A stretch of DNA of 64,000 nt from Octopus vulgaris (GCA_951406725.2 CATOCA020000001.1:6944001-7008000), one strand, 5' to 3'. Counted from the first letter of the stretch, positions 13,011 to 26,059 are shown. Made by a program: numbers and translations. The notes: a model not told the origin generated them from the letters alone.

Positions 13011-15211
13011 TTCCACATCCCTTCTTGACATTACTCTAAATTATTTTGATTTTTCAATGAGTATTTTGCACTTTTTGTCAACAGTTACCTATAACATGCA
13101 TCACATAATTGATATGGTGTATACACACACATGCAATAAGCATCATATAGTTCCCATCAACCACTTTCACTAAAAATGCATTTGTTGGTCCCTACCTATA
13201 GTCGAAGACTCTTGCCCAAAATGACACACAGTAGAACTAGACCCTAAACCATGGTATTGGGAAACAAACATATTTTACATTTGCAAACATATATGTCTTA
13301 TGGAAATTGTTCAATATACACAGAGAAACAGTTGTTCAATTTACAAACAGCTATGGTTAACTAACAGAAAACTTAATTTAACAAAAAAATTATGTACTTA
13401 CATACAGGTGAAGCTTCTTGCTTGGTAAAATCTACATGTATAAAGAAAAGTCTACATGTATAAACTGTTGTGGTGAGAGTCATTGGCACCCCTATGGGAT
13501 TGGAAGAATGGACTAGCAAAACTCTTATAAAAAAATTAGCATATTGGTTGAGACAAAGAGAGTCATTGGGAGTTCATGGAAGTTGTTGACATTGTTCAGA
13601 GTTTCTATTTATTAGAAGTATTGTGTTTAGTAGAGTAATCTGAAGTGGGTTGTGTGAAGACAGTTGTGTCTATCCCCGCTTCGTGAAAGTTGCATATCCA
13701 ACATATAGAAAGATATAAAATAAACAAAAGTTCGCATGTAAACCAATAAGTGTAATCATTCATTTTTTAACCCTGAAAGTAAAAATGAAAAACATCCTAA
13801 TAGTAGCGAAAGGAAAATTTTGGCTTTAAATATCAGTTCAATACTCTTTATTTGAAGTGACAAGCAGCCAAGAATTTGGCAAATGGAAACTTTTACATGT
13901 CTCATGTTACATGCATATATATGCATGCTTGCACCCAGTTTCTGTGCACATCTATAGACTGTTAACTTTTTTTTTCCTTTGCATGCAACTCTTTTCTCAT
14001 GAGAATATCTCCTCCTCATTTTATAACTTTCCCGTCTTTTTCTTACAATTTCACCATCGTCACATCAACAGAGACATTAAGACAGTAGCAGTCGACAAGG
14101 CATGTATAACGATTAAATAAATAAAAAAATTGTCTATATCTTCGATCACTGTCATTATTCCATTGAGTCAACCTCATTATTTTCTACATAGCAGACCGTT
14201 ACATAAACAGGCAAAGGTAATCTTTCGGAATAATGTAAACACTGAATCGGCCATACATACATACACACACACACACACACATACATACATACACACACAT
14301 ACATACAAACACACATAGATAGATACATACACACACACACATGCATACATACACACACACACACATACATAGATACATACACACATACATATACACATAC
14401 ACCGAGTAAAAAATTTCAGTTATCTCTCTTTCACACACACTAACAGAAGCACTTCACTTACACAACATACTTTCTGTGCCCCACACCCCATCAAACACAC
14501 ACACACACACACATGTACATCAAAGCTTTCCATGCGCGGTAACTTCAAAACAACTTCCCTCCTCATACAATCGCTTTCTCTTAGTCTCTTTCGCTCTCAT
14601 TACTTCAAAAGTTCCCGCAAACCCATATGTAAAAAAAATAATAGTTTTTTGCGGAAATTGACGGAAAGGTCTACTAGAAACGAAAGATAATCTTTCGTTT
14701 TAACCAACATCTTAATTATGAATCTGAACTCCAAACTTTTTATACATTTTGCCACTAAAGAAAATGAAAAGCGAGGCCCTCGAACACAACAGACTTCCTT
14801 CAGCTTTTGTCTTTACATCGTCACCAAATACTCTTACTTATTTTTTTCTAGATATTAACAATAACAATAATAATAATTTCTTACTTACTTATTTCAAAAT
14901 TGTCAGCTGCAGGACAAACATTCAAAGACGAAAATTCAATAAAAAATTCAGACCGGCGCCATTGAAAAACATACAACAATCCCACAATGCTTTGCGTAAA
15001 GTCAGACACCAATTTTCAGCCGCTATAGTTCCGTATTTGTTCGGTTATAAATTAATCCATTGTAAAATAGATACATTTACAATTCATGTGTGAGTGTGTG
15101 TGTTCTTGATAATCGTTTAGAACAAGAAGTTTTACACCAATTATACTATTTTTTTAAAGGCCGTGGACTGAAGATGGCCGAGGCCTTTCCCCCACCCCAC
15201 CCCTTTCGCGT

Positions 15212-15427
15212 GACGGGGACGTAAACACACCAGCAATGCTACGGGGACAAACACAGACACACAAATACATATATACGACAGGCTTCTTTCAGTTTCCGTC
15301 TACCAAATCCACTCACAAGGCATTGGTCAGCCCGAGGCTATAGTAGAAGACACTTGCCCATGGTGTCACGCAGTGGGACTGAACCCGGAACCGTGTGGTT
15401 TGTAAGCAAGCTACTTACCACACAGCT
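15212..15427 (-). mobile_element. SINE family A copy (tail truncated)
   Basis: Same head sequence as the other family A copies. Confidence 0.85.
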
Positions 15428-15698
15428 ATATATATATGTATATATCTGTATATATGAAGCGAAGACTATGTGTTTATTCGCTTACGGCATACTGTTGAAG
15501 AACGTGATTCACTGCCTGTTCCGGGATTCGAAATCACAATTTTACGACTGTGAATGCAACACGCTTTGTCGCTAGGCCACGCGGCTTCACACACACGCGC
15601 ACACAATTTCGTGCACATACACACACACTTACCACTTATACACATTCATGTGGTGTGCGTGTGTATGTGTGTTTGTGTTATATATACGTATAAATACA

Positions 15699-15739
<41 letters not shown>

Positions 15740-15742
15740 CTA

Positions 15743-17673
15743 TCTCTATATATAAAACTGAAATGCGTTTTTACCGCTTGGATCGCTTTCAATGCCACTA
15801 CGACCCGTCCGATTCGCTCCTAAATTTACAGGGACATGTAGAATGAGGTGACGATGCGCGTGGGCTACCTTAGAAATCCCTATCTTAAAAGGTGTGGTTG
15901 CTAGGGGCCATCTTCTTCACTCACACTATTTCCTTCTTTCCCTCTCTTACTCCCCTTCATTTATAACGTTGACAATGTCCACTCCCGTTATTTAATGTAT
16001 TCCCCTCAACTCCCTTTCACTTTGCCTTTATAAAGTCGTCAGGCGGCTTTCTTTGATGGATCTGTTTGCATTCATAGGGAGAATTATCATCGCTACAATT
16101 TATGTATATGTCTTCCTCACTCACTCAATCTTTTTCCTAATGATAATTATCATCGCCACCACCACCACCACCACCACCACCAACACACAATACTCACTCT
16201 ATTTCATACAAACGGCCTTCTTTTATGTATCTGTCTGTGTGAAAGAGAGAGATAACTGAAATTTTTTACTTGGTTTTTGTAGTGCGTGCGTGTGTATGCA
16301 TGTATGTGTGTATGTATGTATGCATGTATGTGTCTGTGTGTATGTATCTATGTATGTGTGTGTGTATGTATGTATGTGTGTGTATGTATGTGTGAGTGTG
16401 CATGTATGTATGTACCTTTGCCTGTTTATGTAACGGTCTGCTATGTAGAAATGAGGTTGGCTCAATGGAAATGCATACATACACACACACATACATACAC
16501 ACACATACACACATACACATATAGATGCAGACCTATGTTAAAAGTGCTGGCAAGTTTGCATGACAACTATTTTTTTTCCTCAAATGAAAGGCGTCACCTC
16601 TAGGACAAAATTCCTCATCTTATAAAATGTGGCCCCAGTACACCCGAATGAAATCACGTTATATTAACCAAAATGTGAAAAGGGGTATAAATGGGGCTGG
16701 AAGGGGATTAAAATTTAAAGGAGCGGGTGTTTAGCAATTCTCTGTTACATCAAGCTAAAAAATTTGCGCCAGCCTTTTAATCGTCAATGTGTTGCCGTCC
16801 ATGATGAAGAAGTTTTGAATGCTTGCCATGGTGAGTCTACTGTTGTTGAAAAGAATCACTTCAAAACTTGGTGTTTAGGGATTTTCTTTTACATCAAGTT
16901 CAAAATTTTACGCCAGCCGTTAAACTGTCAAAACGTTGCTGTCCGTCGTTAAGAAATGCCAGCCATGCTGACTCTACTACCCTCAGATTCTATCCCTTCA
17001 AACTTTGGTTTCCAATATTTTATTATTTTTATTCAGCTCGCAAGTTCATCTGTCCCTTTTAAATGTTAGTGTTTTGCTGTCTGCCTTGAAGCAGACCTTT
17101 CCGTTGTTACTGCCTGATATTTATGATTGATCTTTCTAAATATTTTATTTCTCAACTTACTCAAGATATTTTGTTGTTTATAAATGGGAGAGAGATAGAT
17201 AAAGATAGAGAGTAAGAGAAAGCGAGGGAGAGTCCAAGAGAAAGGAAGAGTAAGAGAGTGGGGAAAGTGAGAGAGAAAGGAGAGAGAAACAAAGAGGGAG
17301 AATCATCATCATCGTTAAACGTCCGTTTTCTGTGCTAGCACGGGTTGGACAGTTTGACCAGGGTCTGGGAAGCCAGGAGGCTGCACCAGGCTCCAGTCTG
17401 ATCTGGCAGTGTTTCTACAGGTGGATGCCCTTCCTAACGCCAACCACTCTGTGAGCGTAGTGGGTGCATTTTTCGTGCCGCCGGCACAGGTGCCAGGGGG
17501 CTGGCAATGGCCACGATCGGTTGGTGCTTTTTACGTGTCACTGGCACAGAAGCCAGTCAAGGCGGCGCTGCAATCCGCCACGTTCGGATGGTACTTTTTA
17601 CGTGCTGAAAGGAAGCAACAGAAAGTAACAACCACACTCTTACCCGCGCGAGGAGCGGGTCACCTTCAGCTAG
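15743..17673 (+). mobile_element. non-autonomous Helitron
   Basis: 5' A|TCTCTATATATAAAACTG start; 3' hairpin ACCCGC-GCGAGGA-GCGGGT (17642-17660), a 9-nt spacer, then CTAG (17670-17673). No coding capacity; carries an RTE 3' fragment. Confidence 0.75.
17302..17605 (-). mobile_element. RTE LINE 3' UTR fragment
   Basis: (CAT)n tail, then GTTAAACGTCCGTTTTC...GGATGCCCTTCCTAACGCCAACC, as at 24227-24600. Confidence 0.85.
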
Positions 17674-17822
17674 TCTCTATATATAAAACTGAAATGCGTT
17701 TTTACCGCTTGGTTCGCTTTCAATGCCACTACATCCCGTCCGATTCGCTCCAAAATTTACAGGGACATGTAGAATGAGGTGACGATGCGCGTGGGCTACC
17801 TTAGAAATCCCTATCTTAAAAG
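17674..17822 (+). mobile_element. second Helitron 5' end fused head-to-tail
   Basis: ~148-bp near-identical repeat of 15743-15891 starting immediately after CTAG. Confidence 0.75.
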
Positions 17823-18776
17823 CAACGAAACTCGAACTCACAACCTCTTCACAATGACGCACTCGAAACAAACACACCAGAATAACAACTCCAAAAAAAA
17901 TAGGTCGGCTGGTGATATTTGTCTGGACTTCGTATCTGTCTATATGTAAACTCAGTGAAGTCTATTCACTGATTATCAAAATAAGAAATATTGAATTTCT
18001 AAATCTCTCGTAGAGAGATGTACGGTGGTGGAGCGATAGAATGGTTGTATACTGTCAATCTAACAAGAACGTGACAGTAGGGGGTACACCACCGTTGTAT
18101 AGCCCTAGGAGGCATCGAACGCCTCCTGACAGCTTCGACACATTTTTTTCCCTGTCGCACACACACAAACGAATACAAACACAGTCGCTCACACACACGT
18201 ACACACAGAAATAAAAACATTCACACAAACACAAACACTGAAATGAAACTACCAACACACACTTTCACACACACACAAATAAAAACAGTTCCACGTACAC
18301 AAACACTGAAAAACAATACTCACACACACACACACACACTCACATACGCACAAACACACAAATGAAAATACATAGCTACATATTCACACACTCAAACACG
18401 CGGACAAACACAGAAATGGAAACAGTTACATACCTACACACGCACAAACACACAGACACACACATATAGCAACGAAAAAGACAGTTACACATCCAAACTC
18501 TCACATACGCACCCACACACAGAAATGAAAACGCAGTTACACACTCACACATAAAACCCTAACCCTAACTAGCACAAACATACAATTTATTCAGAATGTA
18601 AAGGGGCATTGGGTCCTTTGCACTCGCAGTTAGAATATCAGCCCCTCCACGCCAGTATGAGAATTTCTGCCATCCACTTGTGAAATTAATACCTTGTCGA
18701 CATATGGGAAAAATATGAGCAACATCTCAAGTCACTAAAGGTACAATAAATTATACGAAGTTTAAAACTTTTTTGT

Positions 18777-19212
18777 TACCTACAAACCCACTCTCAACCG
18801 AAAATAAGAATGGAGGTAACATCCAGATTCCACTCAGGGTTACCATTCTATAAGCACCTCTCTCTCTCTCATTTACATGTAGTAATCCATGCATAAATGT
18901 TGAAATGCATGGTACTAAAATACATATATGCAGTTATATATAACCGTACGAGCGTACATTGTTTGATACGTATGTACGTATGTGTAGATGTATATGTGTG
19001 TATACGTGTCTGTGTGTGTGTGTGTGTGCCGTATGTTGTGTATATTTGTGTATAAATATGTACATGCATGCACATATGAGCATGTGTAAATATACATATG
19101 TATTATATATGTATGCATGTAAAAAATATTTTTAAAAAAATAAAATAAAACAAGTTTGAATTTTAACCATTGTCCTTGGAAAAATTGTCATATATATGTA
19201 TAGAAACAGCCA
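18777..19212 (+). mobile_element. Penelope-like element 3' fragment (end of GIY-YIG ORF plus 3' flank)
   Basis: Matches 47341-47722 (TACAAACCCACTCTCAACCGAAAAT...CCAGATTCCACTCAGG...AAAATTGTCATATATATGTATA). Confidence 0.8.
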
Positions 19213-19659
19213 TATACATCGATGACATAGTTTTCCGATCGGTCACGGTTGGAACGTCTCTCCGATCACCCATAATCCATCTACTGGTTCAGCAAAGACT
19301 GTAGAAGTCGGGGTTTAAACATGATCGCCTCGCGGATTTCAGCAAAAACCACGCACCATAAGGAAACAAACTAAAACCGTGTTGTTTACAATGTTTATAT
19401 GTATTTAAATGTGTAATATACAGCTGCACTGACCTTTTCATTGTCCAAGGTGGAGGTAAGGAACTGGCCTAAGGCTTCATTCAGTGTGGGGGTGATCGTA
19501 AGTCCACGACAGGGTGACCATTTGCACACACGAGCGGGAGAGATGGCAACATAATAATCCTTGTAGTGAGTTTGATAATGGCTTTTAAACATTGCACTAA
19601 GAGCTGCTGCTGATGGTGGTGGTAGTAAAAGGTAAAAAGTGCGTCGTGTTGGGAGGAAG

Positions 19660-19945
19660 TCACTCTGTACTGATGGTGGTGACGGTGTTGTGGTGTGGTG
19701 AGAGATAATGTCGTGATAGAACACTCTGTACCGATGAGGGTGGTGATGGTGACTGTTGTGGTGGTGGTGAAAGTTACTCAGAACTGATGTGGGGGTGGCG
19801 GGAGATACCGGTGTACCGATGATGGTGATAGTGGTGGGGAGAAGTTACTCTACTGATGGGGTGGTGATGGTGGTGGTAGCGACTGTATAATGATGGTGGG
19901 AGTGGTGGTGAGCGGTTACAGTGTACGAATGATAGTGGTGGTGGT
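19660..19945. repeat. degenerate GGT-rich minisatellite
   Basis: Recurrent ACTCTGTAC(T/C)GATGGTGGTG-like units at roughly 35-60-bp spacing. Confidence 0.55.
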
Positions 19946-20824
19946 AGAGAGAGAGAGAGAGAGATAGGTAGACTGTAGTAGTAGTAGGAGGAACACAAAC
20001 GCACACACTCGAACACATAGAAATAAATACATTCACTCACACACAAACGTATGCGCACACAGTACCTGGATCTGTAAAACAGATCAAAGATAAAATACAA
20101 GAGATCGTAAGATCATTTCCAGTTTTCCACACGCACATATCAACACTTGTCAATGAATGTAGTGCACCAAATTACCAAACTCCAACAGGTCAGGGGTCAC
20201 TTCAACGTATCCTGATTGATATTGCTATCTGACCTATTTCCAACACAGAAATGAAAACATTCATTCACACACACGCACAAACACAGAAATGAAAACACAC
20301 AGTTACACACTCACAAACACACACACTCGAACACATAGAAATAATTACATTCACTCACACACACGCACGGAAATGAAAATAATCACACATACTCACACAC
20401 AGAAATGAAAACACAGTTACAAACTCACACACCTAGCAATGAAAACACACATGTACACACTCACTCACTCACTCACACACACACGCTCAGGCACAAACAT
20501 TGAACCGGAAACACTCTGTCACACAGGTGCGCGCAAACACAGACACAGAAATTAAAGCACACACACATATTGGCTTACAAACACACTCATTTAATTTCTT
20601 CAGAATGTCAAAGTTTTAAAGTCAACATATTTAAAGCATAAATACCTACAAGTGTGCATCTTTGCATGTATCTATGTGTGTGTGTGTGTTCGGACGTATG
20701 TGTGTTAGTGCGTGTTTGAGCACAGTCCACACATACGCTGCCGTAACGTAACGGTTAGAATGAGTACTAGCATTCCAAAGAATAAGTCCTAGGGTACGTT
20801 TTGATTGACTAAAGACGGTGCGCG

Positions 20825-20873
<49 letters not shown>

Positions 20874-20879
20874 GAATAC

Positions 20880-22692
20880 ATAATAATAATGACCGTCCAC
20901 TCGTGACCGAAGAAAACCATTGCCGACCTTCAGGAACATTGTGCGCTCTACGAGGACTAACTTATATTTTGCATTTGTGGCTCCGTTGGTGGCTAATGAG
21001 CCCTGCTCTTGACAAGCATACACGACTGCAAACTTTGCAGACCAAACTTTCCCCATTCACTATACGAGCCGTGCGCTTTCGCGCAGCTCGCTTAAGTTCT
21101 TCATGCTGGATACGTGCTCTCTCAAAAGTGTCCTCCATCTGCTTCCTCCATCTGTGGCGATGACAGGTATTGCTCTCCCAGTCAGTGTCCTGCATATCAC
21201 AGGCCTTTAATGAGGACTTGACACAGTCCTTAAATCGCAGTCTTGGTTTCTGCCGGAGTCTCCTTCCATTCACAAGTTCTCCATAGAGCATCTGCTTAGG
21301 AATCCTTCTATCCTTCATTCGAATAAGGTGTCCAGTCCAACGCAACCGGTGCTTGTGCACCACCGCTTCAATACTCAAGATATCAGCTGTCCTCAGGATC
21401 TGTGTGTCTGAAGCTTTTGAGGTCCAGCTAACATTGAGAATGTGTCTGAGACATCTCTGATGGAAACGTTCAAGGACCCTTACCTGACGCTTGTACAGAG
21501 TCCATATCTCACATGAGTAGAGAAGCGATGTCAGTACATAAGTACGGTACACAGCAACTTTTGTTCTCCTTGCGATGCCATGTTGGTACCAGACACGAGA
21601 CTGAAGAGACTGGAAGGAATTAGTTGCTCTCTGCAACCTGAAAGATAGTTCCTCATCCAGGGAGCAAGAACGGCTGAATGTGCTGCCCAGATAGACTACT
21701 TGTCTACTACCTTCAGAATTGTTCCTTCAACGAAGATAGCTGGTTCTATATATGGATTTCCTGGTGCAGGCTGGAACATTACAACAGTCTTGTCCAGGCT
21801 AATGCTGAGTCCAAATGCTCTGCAAGAAGCAGAAATGCAATTCATGATTATTTGCATGTCATCTACTGTATGAGTGACTAAGTCACAGTCATCTGCATAA
21901 AGGAGGTCACGAATAATAGTCTGGAAAACCTTTGAATTGGCAGCAAATTGGCGAAAATTAAAGAGGCGGCCAGAAGATAGACATCTGACATATATTCCCA
22001 GAGAGCTAACTTTAGCAAAAGCATGAGTAAAAGTAGCAGCAAAGTACAAAGAAAAGAGAGTTGGGGCAAGGATGTCACCCTGCTTGACACCATTCTCTAC
22101 AGGAATGGGTCCCACCATGGCACCACCAACATTGACCTAAGCCTCCATCTCATCATGAAATGATTTAATTATAGATACAAAGTGATCTGGACATCGAAGT
22201 TTGCCAAGTATTTTCCATAGAAAGGCCCTATTTACAGTATCTAAGGTCTTAGTTAAATCAATGAATACCTGGACAAGATCCATATTCTGCTCATAGCACT
22301 TCTCCTGCATCTGTCTTGCTGTGAAAATCATATCCATTGTCCCTCTACCAGATCGGAAGCCACATTGAGATTCAGATAGGACATCATTTACGAGACACCC
22401 ATGCAGACGGGCAAGAAGAATATTTGCCAGAACCTTACCAGCAGCTGATAGTAGAGCAATACCTCTGTAGTTACCACACATTGTTCTGGCTCCTTTTCCT
22501 TTATATAGAGGAAGAATAATTGCATCCTTCCAGTCTTTAGGGATTGCACCATCCCTCCAGACTGCACTAATAAGTTCATGAAGGGACTGTGTGATGCAAT
22601 TACCACCAAATCGCAAGACCTCAGCACAAATTCCATCCTTTCCAGGTGCCCTACCAAGATTCAATTTACTTATTGATGTCATTACTTCATCT
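20880..22692 (-). mobile_element. RTE (BovB-like) LINE, 5'-truncated, reverse transcriptase pseudogene
   Basis: APGKDGI, YRGIALLS, QCGFRSGRGTMDMIF, FIDLTKTLDTV, GVKQGDILAPTLF, LLYADD, RLRWTGH and a C-terminal CKVC...HQRSH zinc finger. One in-frame TAG (22137-22139) and one frameshift near 21700; (ATT)n tail at about 20880. Confidence 0.93.
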
Positions 22693-23746
22693 ATATACAT
22701 ATATATACAAGTATATATATATATGCAAACATACACATATCAATATATACATGTATATATATATATATATATACACACACATACATATACATACATAGAT
22801 ATATACATATATATATTTATATATATTTACATACATATATACGTGTATTTACCCACACACGCATATATCCACTAAATATGGCCAATAATATTCCAAAACA
22901 CTACTGGGTTGAAAATGTAATCAGTTCACTGATAAACGCTTGGTACACTCACCAAAAAGATTGTGTAAAAGCTAATGTTTACAGTAAAATCGCTGAAAAA
23001 ATAACAAAACATTCAGAAGACGATACAAAAAACACGGACGAGTCATTCGAAGCCTTCAATCTTCAGTGAAGAACCGGATCATCCTCGCAATTTCGGCTGA
23101 TTAATCTTGAGATTGCTACAATCTGACCAGCCCCAAGGAAAAACTAAGTTAAGCGCATTAGATTCCTTGGAAAAAAGCTTCGAATGTATACGAAACAAGG
23201 ACAGAAAACGGACGATGTTATACGAATATGAATACAAAAATAACACGAAATAACAATAATAATATATATATATGCGACAGGCTTCTTTTAGTTTCCATAT
23301 ACCAAATCCACCAGGCTATAGTAAAGACAGTTGCACAAGGTACAGTGCAGTGGAACAGAAACCGGAACCATTTCGTCGGGAAGCAAATATTATACCACAG
23401 AGCCGCCTGCGCCTACACACAGATTGCAGCCACATCTTCCTCGAATTGTAGCATAGTGTTTAGAAGAGTCACGTGGTATAAGGTAGTTTTAAATGCAGTG
23501 AAATCGAAAAACAAAAAGTACGGGAAGATATGGTTGGTTGTGATCATCGGCGAGGTCGATCAGTACTTACCTAGGGTTAAATAATATCAAACCTATATAG
23601 CATTTTTCATCATCTCTCTTTTAAGCTGCCGTGTGTATGACATATGTGACTGGCATGTATGGTCTACACAAGTGCGGGAACTGATCTTTTTAGGTGCACT
23701 CGAATTTTGATAAAGGTTTTAAAAATGCATTTAACTCTGTGAGTGA

Positions 23747-23799
<53 letters not shown>

Positions 23800-24119
23800 T
23801 GCAAAAATATTTCCTAACGACAAATATGATCGGATAAAGGCCCTTTCGCATGTTCAACAAGGCGATAATCAGAACATGAAAATTCAGTCATCTCTATGTT
23901 CACAATGTACACACACACACACACAGGCAAACACACACATAAAGCTGAAGATATAAGTATAGACACACATACATACATTATATATATGTATGCCCAAAAT
24001 GCCACGCAGTCGGACTGAACCCGGAACTCTATGGGTGGTAAGCGAGCTACTGACCTCACAGCCAGTCCTACGCCTATATAAATATATATATATATATATA
24101 CATACATATATATAGATAT

Positions 24120-24226
<107 letters not shown>

Positions 24227-25828
24227 TCATCATCATCATCGTTTAACGTCCGTTTTCCGCGCTAGCACGGGTTGGACGGTTCGACCGGGGTCTGGGAAGC
24301 TAGGGGCTGCACCAGGCTCCAGTCTGATCTGGCAGTGTTTCTACAGCTGGATGCCCTTCCTAACGCCAACTATTCAGTGAGTGTAGTGAGTGCTTTTTAC
24401 GTGCCACCTGCACAGGTGCCAGGAGGGGGTCTGGCATCGGCTACGATTGGTTAGTGCTTTTAACGTGCTACCGGCACGGAAGCCAGCCGAGGCGGCGCTG
24501 GCATCGGCCACGTTCGGATGGTGCTTTTTATGTGCCACCGGCACAGAAGCCAGTCGAGGCGGCGCTGGCATCGGCCACGTTCGGATGATGCTTTTTATGT
24601 GCCACTGGCACAGGTATCACAACTACTATTTCCATTGATATTTGTTTCGATGTTCATGTACATGCACTTGACTCAACAGGTCTCCTCAAGCACAGCGAGA
24701 TGTTCTGGGATCCAAGGTACTTTGAATGGGCAGGGGCTATGCGGAACTGGTGCCGGAAGCATCCCGGGTCTTTGCAGTCACAGCACATCTCCAGAGATCT
24801 CGGTCCTTCGCCATTGCCTCAGTGAGGCCCAACGCTCTGAGGTCATGCTTGACAACCTCATCCCATGTCTTCCTGGGTCTACCTATCCCCCTGATTCCTT
24901 CAACTGTTTGGGAGCGGCACTTCTTCACACATCTCTCCTCATCCATCCACAGTACATGACCATACCATCGCAAGCGACGCTCTTGCACACCACATCTGAT
25001 GCTTCTTATGTCCAGCATTTCTCTCAGGGTGCTTACACTCTGTCGTGCGTTCACACTGACATAACACATCCAGCGGATCATGCTAGCTTCATTTCTTTCA
25101 AGTCTACGCATGTCCTCTGCAGTCACGGCCCATGTTTCACTACCGTGAAGCATGGCAGTTCACACACACATGCATCATACAATCTACCTTTCACTCTGAG
25201 TGAGAGACCCTTTGTCGCCAGTAGGGGTAGGAGCTTTCTAAACTTTGTTCAGGCTATTCGTATTCTAGTGGTGACACTCTCTGAGCATCCACCTCCACTA
25301 ACTAACTTGGTCACCCAGGTAGCGGAAACTATCAACAACTTCTAGTTTCTTCCCCTGGAGTGTGATGGAATCTGTTTTCTGAGTATTTGTGGTGTCTATT
25401 GTCCCTGTGCATCTGCCGCACATGAAAGCTATCTTATCAGTTAATTTCCCTTTGATGTTGCTGCACCTCTTATGCGTCCATAGCTTACACTGGGTGCATC
25501 TTATGGAGTTTCTACCTACACCTTTCCTACAGATCGAGCAGGGCCACCTGCCTGATGGGGTGTGTGCTGAGTTCGCCTTTCTGCTTACTATAACTTTGGT
25601 CTTTGCTACATTTACTCTAAGGCCTTTTGATTCTAACCCTTGTTTCCACACCCGAAATTTCTTTTCTAGTTCCGGTAGTGATTCTGCTATGAGAGGCAGG
25701 TCATCAGCATAGAGGAGCTCCCAGGGGCAACCTGTTTTGAATTCCTCTGTTATTGCCTGGAGGACTATGATGAATAAAAGGGGACTGAGGGCTGAGCCTT
25801 GGTGTACACCTACTTCTACTCGGAATTC

Positions 25829-25830
<2 letters not shown>
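24227..25830 (-). mobile_element. RTE-clade LINE 3' half (RT with PHD-like insert, 3' UTR with ~58-bp repeats)
   Basis: GVHQGSALSPLLF, ELLYADDL, FRYLGD, MLHGSETW, RRLRWYGHV, GRPRKTW; (TGA)n tail. Confidence 0.92.
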
Positions 25831-25866
<36 letters not shown>

Positions 25867-26059
25867 CATACATACATACATAGGGACAACAAAATACAAA
25901 AAAAATATGATGACCTCGAAGACAGAATATTCTGGAATTGGTAACTTGATCTGTTAACACTTTTGAATTAATAAAGAGTCCAAAGTAAGAATGCTGTGTG
26001 TGTGTGTGGTAGGTTGTATGCATATATCTGATAATAGCGATAATGAGATACACACCTGT

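Larger units (their letters stand above)
8329..13904 (+). repeat. segmental duplication copy 1 (~5.6 kb)
   Basis: Near-identical to 38032-43563 from ACCGTGTGGTTGGTAAGC to ACTTTTACATGTCTCA; duplicated ORFs appear in the ORF track. Confidence 0.95.

Noticed and set aside
15157-15190. CTGAAGA within an AAAGGCC...GGCCTTT hairpin
   Set aside because: No GAAA or stem III; a simple inverted repeat only.
16005-16050. Minus-strand CTGACGA...GAAA hammerhead-like core
   Set aside because: No stem III/UH site or stem I partner found.
18555-18570. CCCTAACCCTAA (also about 30641, and TTAGGGTTAG at about 34311) as an interstitial telomere
   Set aside because: Only two units, and part of a duplicated module; too short to support telomeric origin.
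19215-19262. CGATGA...GGAACGTC as a PLE hammerhead
   Set aside because: The core lacks CUGA and GAAA, and stem I does not pair.
19425-19530. Possible minus-strand exon ending in AAG|GTCAGT
   Set aside because: No recognisable protein similarity, clear acceptor or partner exons; it lies among repeats.
24518-25345. 275-aa plus-strand ORF
   Set aside because: Antisense shadow of the RTE RT and UTR; no independent motif.
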